Assembly (NCBI GenBank): GCA_004332335.1
Contig: SISS01000013.1
Coordinates: 2,804-66,803 of the forward strand
Source: Methanoregulaceae archaeon UXB-2016
GTDB lineage: Archaea; Halobacteriota; Methanomicrobia; Methanomicrobiales; Methanospirillaceae
Direction of reading: 5' to 3'
Length of the DNA stretch: 64,000 nt
Shown here: one piece after another, positions 38,438 to 48,809 of the stretch
How positions within the stretch are numbered: position 1 is the first letter of the stretch
Layout of the letters: every line of letters starts with the position of its first letter
Program-made: the position numbers and the translations under genes
Notes under the pieces: model-generated
Databases searched by the model: none
What the model was told of the DNA's origin: nothing
Seen by the model: the letters and a program-made list of their open reading frames with translations, nothing else

Positions 38438-41263
38438 ATGCAGGACTCCGATGAACTCAGCGGGCAGGGCCCGAAAGGCTCCCCTCCCCGGCCGCCGATC
38501 TCCTTCGAGCTGATCGCAGAGCACTCCCCGTCTCCGATGGCCCTGATCGACGCCTCGGGCCGGTATCGCTTCATCAATGCGAAGTTCCGGGAGCTCTTCG
38601 GGTTCTCGCCGGGCGAGCTGCCGACCGGGCGCGAGTGGTTCGTGCATGCATTCCCGGACGACGAGGAGCGCCGACAGGCGATCGAGGCGTGGAAAGAGGA
38701 TATGGAGAGAGAGGAGCCCGTAGAGCCCTCGCCGCGGATCTTCAGGGTCCGCTGCCGCGACGGGACGGACCGGCACATCCTCTTTCGGCCGGTCGCCCTC
38801 GGGGACGGAGACCGGCTCATTATCTACGAGGACCAGACCAGCATCGTACACCACCACGAGGCACTGGAGACGGTGAACCGGCGGCTGATGGAGATCATCG
38901 AGTTCCTGCCCGACCCGACCTTCGTGATCGATCGGGACGGAGAGGTGATCGCCTGGAACCGGGCCATGGAGGACCTGACCGGGGTGAAGAAGGAGGAGAT
39001 GCTCGGCCGGAAAGACCGGGCGTACTCCGTGCCGTTCTATGGTGATGTCCGCCGGCCTCTCCTCGCGGACCTGGTCCTGCGGGAGACCGACGAGGGGCTC
39101 GAGGCGTACTCGAGCGTGGAACGGCGGGACGGGACGCTCGTGGCCGAGACGTTCATCCCGTCGTGGAACAACGGACGGGGGGCTCATCTCTGGGGGAAGG
39201 CCTCGCTCCTCCTCACGCCGAACGGAACCGTGGCCGGCGCGATCGAGTCGATCCGCGACATCACGGCCTGGAAGGAGACCGAGGAGCGACTCCGCAGGAG
39301 CGAGACCAGGTACCGGACGCTCGTCGAGAGCATCAACGACATCATCTACGCGATCGATGCCGGAGGCAGGATCACCTACATCAGCCCCGTCGTCTCGCAC
39401 GTCTCGGGGCACCGGCCCGAGGACCTGATCGGCCACCAGTATCTCGAGCTCGTGCATCCGGACGACCGGGCCCGGGTGCAGGCCCGCCTCGGTGCGATTC
39501 TCGCGGGCGAGAACGGGCCGAGCGAGTTCCGGATGGTGAGCGCCTCGGGCGAGGTGCGGTGGGTCCGGACGTTCACGCGGCCCATCGTGGTCGACGGGCA
39601 GGTGGTGGAGCTGCGCGGCGTGCTCTCGGACATCACGGACCTGAAGCAGCAGGAGGTCGCCGTCCGGCGGAGCGAGGCCCTGCTGGCCCGGATGGCGGAC
39701 CTCTCGCCGTTCGGGTATTACGTGGTCGACTGCCGGACCGACCGGGTCCTCTACTCCAACGACCGGTTCTGCCGGCTCTGGGGGGAGGAGGACCTCTGCC
39801 GGGACCTCCGCCGCGAGGAGTTCCGCAACCGGGATCTTGTCGCGCGGGTGGCGCCGCTCGCCGACGATCCGGGAGCGTTCATCGCCTCGTGCTCCCCCCT
39901 GCAGGGCGAGGGGGATCGGGCCGAGGTCATGGACGAGGTCCGGCTCCGCGACGGGCGGGTCCTCTGGCGGTACTCGACCCCGATCCCCGGCGACGAGGAG
40001 CGATCCTCCGGGCGGCTCTACCTCTTCAAGGACGTCACGGACGAGCGGCGTCAGGTCGAGGAGCTCCGGCGATATCGCGACGAGCTCGAGGGGCTCGTGC
40101 GGGAGCGCACGGACGAGCTGACACGGGCGAATGCGAACCTCCGCCGGGAGATGGCCGTGCGCGAACTCGCGACACGGCAGCAGCTCTACAGCGAGCAGCG
40201 GTTCATCCGGATCTTCGACCAGGCCCCGATCGGCATGGCGATCGTCTCTCTGGAGAGCCGGTTTCTGCGGGTCAACGCGGCCCTCTGCCGGCTCACGGGC
40301 TATACCCGGGAGGAGCTCCTGACCCTGGGGCCGTACGACATCACCCATCCGGATGACGTCTCGACCGGGCTCGAGCTCACCGAGAGCCTTGCCTCGGGCG
40401 ACCGGGAGGACTACGCCCGGGACAAGCGGTATCTTCAGAAGGACGGCTCGACGGTCTGCGTGCACATGACCATCGGGGTCGTGCGGGATGCGTCCGGCCG
40501 GCCGCTCCACCTGTTCAGCATGGCCGAGGACATCACGGCCCAGAAGAAGGCCGGGGAGCAGCTCCGGGTCTATGCCGACGCCCTCCGGGAGAGCAACGAG
40601 GACCTGCAGCGGTTCGCCTACGTCGCCTCCCACGACCTCCAGGAACCGCTGCGGAGCATCGTCTCGTTCTCGCAGCTGCTCGAGCGACGGCTGGCGGGAG
40701 ACAAGGACGCGGACGTCCGGGATTTCCTCGGCTTCATCGTCGAGGGCGGGGTCCGCATGCAGGCCCTGATCCAGAACCTGCTCGTCTTCTCGCGCGTGAC
40801 GACCGCGGGCCAGCCGTTCCAGCCGACCGACGCGGCGAGCGTCGTCGCGGACGTCCTGCGCGACCACAGGGCTGCGATCGCCGAGAGCGGGGCCGTCGTG
40901 ACCGTCGGCCCGCTGCCGGTGGTGCGCAGCGACCCGAGCCAGCTGCACCAGGTCTTCACGAACCTGGTCGGGAACGCGATCAAGTACCGGGGAGGGCATC
41001 CGCCTGAGATCGGGATCTCGGCCGAGCGCGTGGACGGCTGCTGGCGTTTCGCGATCGCCGACAACGGGATCGGGATCGAGCCCGAGTACCACGACCGGGT
41101 CTTCGAGCTCTTCCAGCGCCTGCATACGAAGGAGGAGTACGCGGGGACCGGGATCGGCCTCGCGGTCGTCAGGCGGATCATCGAACGGCACGGAGGCTCT
41201 ATCCGGGTGGAATCGTCGCCGGGCGAGGGGAGCACGTTCTTCTTCACCCTGCCCGCCGCATGA
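38438..41263 (+). CDS. Multi-PAS sensor histidine kinase
   Basis: The start is ATG 38438. The protein has several PAS/PAC repeats, the H-box FAYVASHDLQEPLRSI, and a C-terminal HATPase_c (GNAIKY.., GTGIGLAVVRRIIERHGG). Confidence 0.88.
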   Translation: MQDSDELSGQGPKGSPPRPPISFELIAEHSPSPMALIDASGRYRFINAKFRELFGFSPGELPTGREWFVHAFPDDEERRQAIEAWKEDMEREEPVEPSPRIFRVRCRDGTDRHILFRPVALGDGDRLIIYEDQTSIVHHHEALETVNRRLMEIIEFLPDPTFVIDRDGEVIAWNRAMEDLTGVKKEEMLGRKDRAYSVPFYGDVRRPLLADLVLRETDEGLEAYSSVERRDGTLVAETFIPSWNNGRGAHLWGKASLLLTPNGTVAGAIESIRDITAWKETEERLRRSETRYRTLVESINDIIYAIDAGGRITYISPVVSHVSGHRPEDLIGHQYLELVHPDDRARVQARLGAILAGENGPSEFRMVSASGEVRWVRTFTRPIVVDGQVVELRGVLSDITDLKQQEVAVRRSEALLARMADLSPFGYYVVDCRTDRVLYSNDRFCRLWGEEDLCRDLRREEFRNRDLVARVAPLADDPGAFIASCSPLQGEGDRAEVMDEVRLRDGRVLWRYSTPIPGDEERSSGRLYLFKDVTDERRQVEELRRYRDELEGLVRERTDELTRANANLRREMAVRELATRQQLYSEQRFIRIFDQAPIGMAIVSLESRFLRVNAALCRLTGYTREELLTLGPYDITHPDDVSTGLELTESLASGDREDYARDKRYLQKDGSTVCVHMTIGVVRDASGRPLHLFSMAEDITAQKKAGEQLRVYADALRESNEDLQRFAYVASHDLQEPLRSIVSFSQLLERRLAGDKDADVRDFLGFIVEGGVRMQALIQNLLVFSRVTTAGQPFQPTDAASVVADVLRDHRAAIAESGAVVTVGPLPVVRSDPSQLHQVFTNLVGNAIKYRGGHPPEIGISAERVDGCWRFAIADNGIGIEPEYHDRVFELFQRLHTKEEYAGTGIGLAVVRRIIERHGGSIRVESSPGEGSTFFFTLPAA

Positions 41264-41354
41264 CCCCGGAGCCCCGGTACGCGGAGAGGCGAAGAGGGGG
41301 GCCGACGAGCGGTCTCCCGGCAGACGCAGGCTCGCCCTCTCGAACCCGCGCCCC

Positions 41355-41681
41355 TCACTCGGTCTCGAGCTCCACCTCCGGGCCGCCGGCGAACCCGAGG
41401 GCGAGGTTGAGCAGAAACGCCACGACCATGCCCGTGACATCGCCTCCGATCGCCCCGACGAGCGGGGCCGCGATCAGCAGGGGAAGACCGGCAACGAGCG
41501 CACCCGGCCCGCCGAAGACGACCAGGGGAAGAGTCGCGGCGAACACGGCGCCCCAGAGCAGGGCCGCGCCGAGCAGGACCAGTCCTCCGAGGAGCCCGAG
41601 CAGCGCGCCGAACGCCCCGCCGACCCGGCCGGCACTCCAGGGATCGATCCGCCACACCCAGGTCCTTCGCAGTCCCATCAT
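41355..41681 (-). CDS. Small Gly/Ala/Leu-rich membrane protein (hypothetical)
   Basis: 108-aa ORF with about three predicted TM helices. No recognisable family. Confidence 0.45.
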   Translation of the reverse strand: MMGLRRTWVWRIDPWSAGRVGGAFGALLGLLGGLVLLGAALLWGAVFAATLPLVVFGGPGALVAGLPLLIAAPLVGAIGGDVTGMVVAFLLNLALGFAGGPEVELETE

Positions 41682-41918
41682 CGACCGGGCAGTGCCGGGG
41701 CCTGCTGAGATATGAACCTTGAGTCGAGATCACCCGCGAAGACGCCAAAGCCCGGGGGTCGACGATGCTGGCCCCCGGGCGCGTCCCCCACCGGGCGTCA
41801 CGTGTTGCCATGGTCGGCATTCCGGGCTCGTCCGGCTGTATAGCCCGCAGCAGTTCCCTCGGTCCGGAGTATCCGCGAAGGGCCGGACTGTTTCAACGAA
41901 ATATTAAAGAGACGTTTT

Positions 41919-41926
41919 TTTATATT
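41919..41926 (+). promoter_or_regulatory. TATA-like box TTTATATT upstream of the second histidine kinase
   Basis: An AT-rich island lies 36-43 nt upstream of GTG 41962. Confidence 0.3.
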
Positions 41927-41961
41927 TTGTGGGCGCATCGATCATGTAGCAGAGGCCCGTC

Positions 41962-43839
41962 GTGAACAGGGGACAGCGGAGCGCTCCGATCACCCGCTAT
42001 CTTGCACTGGTGATCGTCGGAGTTGTGATCGTCTCGATCGCCGTCATCTCGAGCTTCGCCTATCTCGAGTCCCGGGAGCGGCTGATCTCGACAGAGTACG
42101 ATCACCGGAACTTCACGGCCTCGTCCCTGGTCCAGAACCAGCAGGTGATGGACCACGACCTCTCGATCTTCGACGATCTCTTCACGGACCGGATGCAGGA
42201 GGCGTTCCCCCAGCTGATCGCAGAGTACGGGCGAACGGGAGGAGACGTCGCGTCCATGGACCTCGCGGGCGTGAAGGCCGGGCTCGGCGACGGGTACGAC
42301 CTCTATGTGATCGATCCCGACGGAATGATCGCGGCCACGACCTACCTGCCCGAGCTCGGGTTCAACCTCTCGAGCTACCCGGGCTTCGAAGCGACCCTGA
42401 CCGCGATGCGGCTCGGAGACGAGTTCGTCGCGGACCGCGTGGTCCAGGAGAACGTCAACGGGACCTACCGCAAGTATGCCTATCACCCCACACCCGACCA
42501 CCGCTATCTCCTCGAGATCGGACTGAAGGACGAGGTCTTCGACCGGAGGTCCGAGATCTACTCGCCATTGAGCCTCGAGCAGCTCCAGGCCGCGAACCCG
42601 TCGCTCATGTCGGTCTCGGTGTACAACCTGCTCAAGCACCCCATCGGGAGCGGACGGGCCGTCGACGACCCGCTGCGCACCGCCGCACTCGACCAGGCCA
42701 TCCAGACCCGCTCCACGGTCGAGCGAGCCGACCCGGCCAACGCCACCCTCCACCACTACCTCTTTGTCGATCTCCTGGATCCCCGGTACGCATCGGACCC
42801 GAGCCTCGTGATCGAGCTGGTCTACTCCACAAGCCCCCTGGACCAGGCCCTACTACGGCTGACCTTCGAGTACCTGATGATCACGTTCTTCGCGGTCGCC
42901 CTCGGCGTGATCGTCGCGGTCGGCATCTCGAGCCGCGTCTCGCGTCCGATCCGTGGGATCATCGCCGATGTGGAACAGATCGCCGGAGGCGACCTGGACC
43001 ATCCGCTCACCAGGATCGGGCTGGACGAGTTCGACCGTCTTCAGCGGAGCATCGAACGCATGGTCGGGCAGCTCAGGGCCCAGATCGCGGCCGTCCGCAC
43101 ATCGGAGCAGCAGGTGCGCCAGCAGAACGAAGCGCTCGAGCACCGGGTCGAGGAGCGGACCCGCGAGCTCTCGGCCGCAAACGAGGAGATCCGCCTGTAC
43201 ATGGATATCCTGACCCACGACATCAACAACGCGCTCACCTCCGCCCTGGTCCTCTCGGAGTCCCTTGCCGAGGAGATCGAGGACGGGCCACGGAACCGGC
43301 CCTCCCGGATTGCGGATGCGATCCGGCAGAGCGCCGGGGTCATCGCGTGCGTGAACCGGGTCGAGCAGCTCCGCCACCTCGATCTCCCGCTCGAGGATGT
43401 CGAGCTCGATCGAGAGATCCGAACGGTCCTCATGCAGTATCCCGAGATCTCGGTCGAGTATACAGGCACCGATGCCGTGGTCCGGGGAGACGGGTTCCTC
43501 CTGGAGGTACTCGTGAACCTGCTCGGAAACAGCGCCAAGTTCGGCGGTCCGGGCGTCCGCTGCTGGATCAGGGTCGAGCCGGAGGCGGAGGGGGTGCGGG
43601 TCTCGGTCGAGGACGACGGCCCCGGGATCCCCGATCCGGACAAGGGCCGGGTCTTCGGGCGGTCGACACGGTGCGACCGGGGTCTCCCGGGCTCGGGACT
43701 GGGCCTCTTTATCGCCGCGTCCCTGGTCCACCGGTACGGCGGCCGGATCTGGGTCGACGACCGGGTCGCGGGCGACCCGGCGCAGGGGGCCGCGTTCCGG
43801 TTCACCCTGCGCCGCGGGGACGCTCCGTCAGCGACGTGA
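41962..43839 (+). CDS. Membrane sensor histidine kinase (extracytoplasmic sensor domain, HAMP, HisKA, HATPase)
   Basis: GTG start and two TM helices flanking a loop of about 280 aa. It has a HAMP domain (RPIRGIIADVEQIAGGDLD), the H-box ILTHDINNAL, and an ATPase domain (GSGLGLFIAASLVHRYGG). Confidence 0.85.
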   Translation: MNRGQRSAPITRYLALVIVGVVIVSIAVISSFAYLESRERLISTEYDHRNFTASSLVQNQQVMDHDLSIFDDLFTDRMQEAFPQLIAEYGRTGGDVASMDLAGVKAGLGDGYDLYVIDPDGMIAATTYLPELGFNLSSYPGFEATLTAMRLGDEFVADRVVQENVNGTYRKYAYHPTPDHRYLLEIGLKDEVFDRRSEIYSPLSLEQLQAANPSLMSVSVYNLLKHPIGSGRAVDDPLRTAALDQAIQTRSTVERADPANATLHHYLFVDLLDPRYASDPSLVIELVYSTSPLDQALLRLTFEYLMITFFAVALGVIVAVGISSRVSRPIRGIIADVEQIAGGDLDHPLTRIGLDEFDRLQRSIERMVGQLRAQIAAVRTSEQQVRQQNEALEHRVEERTRELSAANEEIRLYMDILTHDINNALTSALVLSESLAEEIEDGPRNRPSRIADAIRQSAGVIACVNRVEQLRHLDLPLEDVELDREIRTVLMQYPEISVEYTGTDAVVRGDGFLLEVLVNLLGNSAKFGGPGVRCWIRVEPEAEGVRVSVEDDGPGIPDPDKGRVFGRSTRCDRGLPGSGLGLFIAASLVHRYGGRIWVDDRVAGDPAQGAAFRFTLRRGDAPSAT

Positions 43840-45546
43840 GAAGAGGGATTCGAGCCGGGCCTTCGAGAAGGTCACGACCGTCGGGCGGCCGTGAGGGCAG
43901 GTCAGGGGGCTCTCGGCCGCAAAGAGCTGGGCGATCAGCCGCTCGCCCTGCTCGTGCGAGAGGATTGCCCCCGCACGGATCGCCCCGTGGCAGGCGACGA
44001 GGCGGACGAGGCGTTCCCGCGCATCGGGTCCGGCTCCACCGCCGATCCACTCGGCCACGATCTCCCTGACCGTCTCGGCCGAGACCTCGTGGCCGAGCAC
44101 GACCGGCACGGTCCGGATCGCCACCTGCCCTTCGCCGAAGGGGTCGACCTCGAACCCGGCTCTGAGGAGATCGTCGCGCGCCTCTTCGATCACGGCGCGT
44201 TCGCGGGGGCTGCAGGAGATCACGACCGGGACGATGAGTTCCTGGGTCCCGGCCCTCCCCCGGGCCGTGAGCTGTTCGTACAGCACCCGTTCGTGCGCCG
44301 CGTGCTGGTCGATCAGCACGAGTTCGCCGTCTCCAGTCCGGCCGACCAGGTAGGTCCGGTCGATCTGACCCAGGAGTTCGACGCCCGGGGCAGGAGCGGG
44401 CTGCTCGAAGGTGGTCTGGCGGAGCTGGCGGTCGGTGCGGAGCCGGTAGGAGGGGACCGGCTCGGCAACCCCGCGGGCCGGCACGGGCACTGGCGGCCGG
44501 CGGTCCGCACCGGAGGATGGGCTGCGATCCGGAGCGGGGAACGCCGGCCTGAGCGCCTCGAGCGCAGCGGCCACGGCCCCCGAGACGGCGGCGAGGACCT
44601 CGGGCTCGCGCGAGAGCCGCACCTGCCTCTTTGCCGGGTGGACGTTCACGTCGACGAGGGCCAGGTCGAGCTCGAGCGCGAGGACGGCGACCGGGTACCG
44701 GTCGCTCGGCAGCAAGGTCCCGAACCCGGCCCGGACCGCCCCGGCGATCGCCGCGCTCTGCACGGTCCGCCCGTTGATGGCGAGGTAGACCTGGTACGGG
44801 TTCGGCCGCTGCACGGCCGGCCGCGCCACGTACCCCGAGACCCGGCAGATCGGCGTGGCGGCGTCGACCGCGAGCAGCCCGCTCCCGAGCTCGGGGCCGT
44901 GAAGCGAGGCGATCGCCTCGGCGAGGCCGGCGCCCGGGGTCGAGAGGCGGGTCCGGCCGTTGTGGACCAGCGAGAACCGGCGGTCGGGGCGGGCGAGCGC
45001 GAGTCGTTCGACGACCCCCGCGATCTGCGCCGTCTCGGTCCCGATCGACTTCTGGAACTTCTTCCGCGCCGGGGTGTTGAAGAAGAGATCCTCGACCGTG
45101 ACCGTGGTCCCGACCGGGGCCGGGGTCTCGCCGGCCTCCTCGACGACCCCGCCCGTGACCACGACCCGGGCGGCCAGGAGGTCGCCCTCGCGCCGCGAGA
45201 CGATGGTGAGCCGGGCCACCGCGGCGATCGAGGCCAGGGCCTCGCCCCGAAAGCCCATGGTCGTGACCGAGTCGAGGTCCTCGACGCCGCGGAGCTTGCT
45301 GGTCGTGTGCGGCAGGATCGCGAGCCGGAGGTCCTCGGCCGACATTCCGGAGCCGTCGTCCGTGACCCGGACGGAGGCGATCGCCCCGGCCCGGGACTCG
45401 ACCGCGATCGCGAGGCGCGTGGCGCCGGCATCGAGCGCGTTCTCGGCGAGCTCCTTCACGACCGAGGCCGGGCGCTCGATCACCTCGCCGGCCGCGATCT
45501 TGGTGATCGTGGCCGGGTCGAGGTGCCGGATGGCGCTCTCGCTCAC
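43828..45546 (-). CDS. mutL: DNA mismatch repair protein MutL
   Basis: N-terminal GHKL ATPase (VVKELAENALDAG, MGFRGEALASI) and a C-terminal dimerisation/endonuclease region. Confidence 0.9.
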   Translation of the reverse strand: MSESAIRHLDPATITKIAAGEVIERPASVVKELAENALDAGATRLAIAVESRAGAIASVRVTDDGSGMSAEDLRLAILPHTTSKLRGVEDLDSVTTMGFRGEALASIAAVARLTIVSRREGDLLAARVVVTGGVVEEAGETPAPVGTTVTVEDLFFNTPARKKFQKSIGTETAQIAGVVERLALARPDRRFSLVHNGRTRLSTPGAGLAEAIASLHGPELGSGLLAVDAATPICRVSGYVARPAVQRPNPYQVYLAINGRTVQSAAIAGAVRAGFGTLLPSDRYPVAVLALELDLALVDVNVHPAKRQVRLSREPEVLAAVSGAVAAALEALRPAFPAPDRSPSSGADRRPPVPVPARGVAEPVPSYRLRTDRQLRQTTFEQPAPAPGVELLGQIDRTYLVGRTGDGELVLIDQHAAHERVLYEQLTARGRAGTQELIVPVVISCSPRERAVIEEARDDLLRAGFEVDPFGEGQVAIRTVPVVLGHEVSAETVREIVAEWIGGGAGPDARERLVRLVACHGAIRAGAILSHEQGERLIAQLFAAESPLTCPHGRPTVVTFSKARLESLFSRR

Positions 45547-48155
45547 GAGTCAGCCTCCTGCTTGAGCCGGTAGAGCGCCTGGAGCGCCTCGATCGGGGTC
45601 ATCCGGTCGGGCTCGAGCGCCCGGAGCGCGGCGAGGACCGGGGGCTCGGGGGGTTTGGCCGCGTCGGCCTCGACGGGCAGGAGCATCTGCGTGTACCGGA
45701 CACGGCGCGGTCCCGCGCCCGTCTCCCGCGTCGACTCGCGCCGGACCAGGTCCTCGAGGATCGCGCCGGCCCGCTCGATCACCCGCGAGGGGACGCCCGC
45801 GAGTTCGGCCACGTGGACGCCGTAGGACCGGTCGGTCGCGCCGGGGATGATCGTCCGGGTGAAGATCACGGTGCTCCCCGTGTCCTTGACGGCCATGTGA
45901 TAGTTCCGGACGCGGGAGAGCTCGTTCTCAGTCTCGACGAGCTCGTGGAAGTGGGTCGCGAAGAGCGTGCGCGGCCCGCTCTTCCCGCGGCCGTGCAGGT
46001 ACTCCAGCACGGCCCGGGCGATCGCGTACCCGTCGAGGGTGCTCGTGCCGCGCCCGATCTCGTCGAGCACGACCAGGCTCCGGGGGGTCGCGTGGACCAG
46101 GATGTTGGCGAGCTCGAGCATCTCGACCATGAAGGTCGACTGGCCGGAAGCGAGGTCGTCGAAGGCCCCGACGCGGGTGAAGACCCGGTCCACGGCCCCG
46201 ATCGTGGCGTGGTCGGCCGGCACGAACATCCCGCACTGGGCCATCACCGTGATCAGCGCGACCGCCCGCATGTACGTCGACTTGCCGGCCATGTTCGCGC
46301 CCGTGATGATCAGGATCTGCTCGGTCGAGGCATCGAGCACGGTGTCGTTCGGGACGAACGGCTCGGCGGTCCGCTCCTCGACCACCGGGTGGCGGCCGCC
46401 GCGGATCAGGTGCCCGGTCCCGTCCGTGACGGTCGGGCGCGTGTACCGGTGCTCGATCGCGACCTCGGCCAGGCAGGCCACGAGGTCGAGGAGGGCGATC
46501 GAGCGCGCCGTGGCCTGGAGGGCCGGCACGGCCGGGGCGATCGCCTCGACCACCCCGCGGAAGGCCTCCTGCTCCCGCTCGTCGAGCCGCTCGTCCGCGT
46601 GTGCGATCTCGGCCTCCTTCTCGCGGAGGCCCGGGAGGGTGAAGCGCTCACCGTTCGCGGTCGTCTGGCGGCGTTCGTACTCGGCCGGGACGTTTGCGGC
46701 CTGCGCCCTGGAGACCTCGATGTAGTAGCCGAAGACCCGGTTGTACCCGATCTTCAGGGTCCGTATCCCGGTCCGCTCGCGCTCGGCCTGCTGCAGGGCC
46801 GCGACCCAGTCGCGCCCCGTAGTGGCCAGCGCACGGAGCCGATCGAGCTCGGGGTCGTACCCCTCCCGGATCATGCCGCCGTTCCGGGCGACCGCGGGGG
46901 GCTCATCGACGATCGCCCGGCCGATGAGCGCGGCGAGGTCGTCGTGGTGGCCGAGCTCGGTGCGTGCGGCCGCGACGAGCATGGGGATCGGCTCCGCGTC
47001 GGCAAGCAGCGCGGCAAGGCCGGGCAGGGCCTCGAGCGACCGCCGCAGCGCGACGAGGTCGCGCGGCGAGGCGTTGCCGTAGGCGATCCGCCCGGCGATC
47101 CGCTCGAGGTCCGCGACCTCGGCCAGGCGCCGGCGCAGGTCCCGGCGCACGGCCGTGCGGTCGGCGAAGAACTCGACGCCGTCGAGCCGCCGGTTGATCA
47201 CGCCGGGGTCGACGACCGGATCGACGATCCGGGTGCGGAGGAGACGCGCCCCCATCGGCGTGACCGTCCGGTCGAGGACCGCGAGGAGGGTGGCCCCCTT
47301 CTTCTCGCCCCGGACGGGCTGGACCAGCTCGAGGTTCCGGATCGTGATCGCGTCGAGGACCGGGGCGGCCGCGCCTTCCTGGACCAGCGCGAGCCGCCGG
47401 ACCTGGGGAAGGGGCGCGTGATTCATGGCCTCGGCGTAGGCGAGCGCGGCCCCGGCGGCCGCGACCGCGGCCGGATCGGGCGGCGTCTCACCGGGGGGCA
47501 GGCGGTCCGCGAGCAGGCGGCTCGCGGCCGAGAGGTCGAACGCGGAGGCCGGCGCCCGCGTGACCACGGTCTCGACCGAGCCGATCGCGTCGAGGACCGG
47601 CCCCTCGTACCCAGCCGGGACCAGGACCTCCTCGGGCGACCGGCGGACCAGCTCGGCGAGCACGGCCGTCCGGGCGTCCTCGAGCGGGACGCCGAACGCC
47701 GAGAACTCGCCGGTCGAGGCGTCGAGAAGGGCGATCCCGAGCCGCTCCTGCTCGGGCGCGAGGGCCATCAGGTACCGGGCGCGCGGCGACTCGAGCATGG
47801 CCCCGTCCACGAGCGTGCCCGGAGTCACGACCCGGACGACCTCGCGCCTGACGAGCCCCTTCGCCTTCTTCGGGTCCTCCACCTGCTCGGCGATCGCGAC
47901 CCGGTAGCCCTTTCGGACGAGCCGGGCGATGTAGGACTCGCCCGCGTGGTACGGGACGCCCGCGAGCGGGATCCGCTTCCCCTCGGCATCGGTCCCGCGC
48001 GAGGTGAGCACGATGTCGAGCTCGCGGGCCACGGTCTCGGCATCGGCGCCGAAGGTCTCGTAGAAGTCACCCATGCGGCAGAGGAGGAGCGCGTCGGGGT
48101 GCTGGCGCTTTGCCTCGAGGTACTGGCGCATGCCGGGAGAGAGACCGTCGTTCAT
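45543..48155 (-). CDS. mutS: DNA mismatch repair protein MutS (bacterial MutS1 type)
   Basis: 870 aa. It has the mismatch-binding N-terminus (GDFYETFG), Walker A TGANMAGKSTYMR and Walker B LVVLDEIGRGTST. ATGA overlap with mutL. Confidence 0.92.
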   Translation of the reverse strand: MNDGLSPGMRQYLEAKRQHPDALLLCRMGDFYETFGADAETVARELDIVLTSRGTDAEGKRIPLAGVPYHAGESYIARLVRKGYRVAIAEQVEDPKKAKGLVRREVVRVVTPGTLVDGAMLESPRARYLMALAPEQERLGIALLDASTGEFSAFGVPLEDARTAVLAELVRRSPEEVLVPAGYEGPVLDAIGSVETVVTRAPASAFDLSAASRLLADRLPPGETPPDPAAVAAAGAALAYAEAMNHAPLPQVRRLALVQEGAAAPVLDAITIRNLELVQPVRGEKKGATLLAVLDRTVTPMGARLLRTRIVDPVVDPGVINRRLDGVEFFADRTAVRRDLRRRLAEVADLERIAGRIAYGNASPRDLVALRRSLEALPGLAALLADAEPIPMLVAAARTELGHHDDLAALIGRAIVDEPPAVARNGGMIREGYDPELDRLRALATTGRDWVAALQQAERERTGIRTLKIGYNRVFGYYIEVSRAQAANVPAEYERRQTTANGERFTLPGLREKEAEIAHADERLDEREQEAFRGVVEAIAPAVPALQATARSIALLDLVACLAEVAIEHRYTRPTVTDGTGHLIRGGRHPVVEERTAEPFVPNDTVLDASTEQILIITGANMAGKSTYMRAVALITVMAQCGMFVPADHATIGAVDRVFTRVGAFDDLASGQSTFMVEMLELANILVHATPRSLVVLDEIGRGTSTLDGYAIARAVLEYLHGRGKSGPRTLFATHFHELVETENELSRVRNYHMAVKDTGSTVIFTRTIIPGATDRSYGVHVAELAGVPSRVIERAGAILEDLVRRESTRETGAGPRRVRYTQMLLPVEADAAKPPEPPVLAALRALEPDRMTPIEALQALYRLKQEADS

Positions 48156-48256
48156 GCCGTTCCTTTAAATATCGTCTCGGGCGGATATAACTGCCCCGAT
48201 CGCGGTCATCGGCCGCTGCACAGGAGCCGTGAGAGGAGGCGCGGTGTCGAACCGGT

Positions 48257-48715
48257 TCAGCCGGACCGGACTCGCTCTACTTCGGAGACGGTCCCTGTGG
48301 CCGCGTCGTCACCGTTCCCGGCATCCGGCGCCCGGACCTCCGCTCTGCAATGACCGGGTACAGCAAGCCGGCTCTCGCCGAGGTGCTCGATCGCCTGACA
48401 GTACAGGGCGGACTCTCCGCGGCCCGCCAGGCACTCGAGATAGCCCTTCACGGCGCCCTCTCCCCGGAGCACAAGCCGCTCCATCGCTCTCCTCAACTCG
48501 AACGGCCGGGCCTCGTGCTCCGCGATGCGAATCGCTCTCTCGGGACAGGCGTCGACGCAGGCGCCGCAGCCGTCGCAGAGGCGGTCGTCGATCAGGCGCG
48601 ACGTGCCGTCCGGAATCTCGAGCGCGCCAGGCGGGCAGTCCGGGAGGCAGAGCCCGCATCCGATGCACCTCCCTTCACCGATCTCGACGATCGCTCGCCT
48701 CACCCGGGCGTTCAC
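48257..48715 (-). CDS. 2x[4Fe-4S] ferredoxin-domain protein, a short paralog of the next gene
   Basis: CIGCGLCLPDCP and CDGCGACVDACP motifs. The first 120 aa or so align with the N-terminus of ORF 48810..49670. Confidence 0.7.
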   Translation of the reverse strand: MNARVRRAIVEIGEGRCIGCGLCLPDCPPGALEIPDGTSRLIDDRLCDGCGACVDACPERAIRIAEHEARPFELRRAMERLVLRGEGAVKGYLECLAGRGESALYCQAIEHLGESRLAVPGHCRAEVRAPDAGNGDDAATGTVSEVERVRSG

Positions 48716-48809
48716 GGCGGCACTCTCCCGTCGCTCGAAGAGATCGACGTGGCCCCGGCGCCCGGGGGACTGCTGACGAAGAGAGGGGCCGTGAGGTCCG
48801 TGAAGGTCT

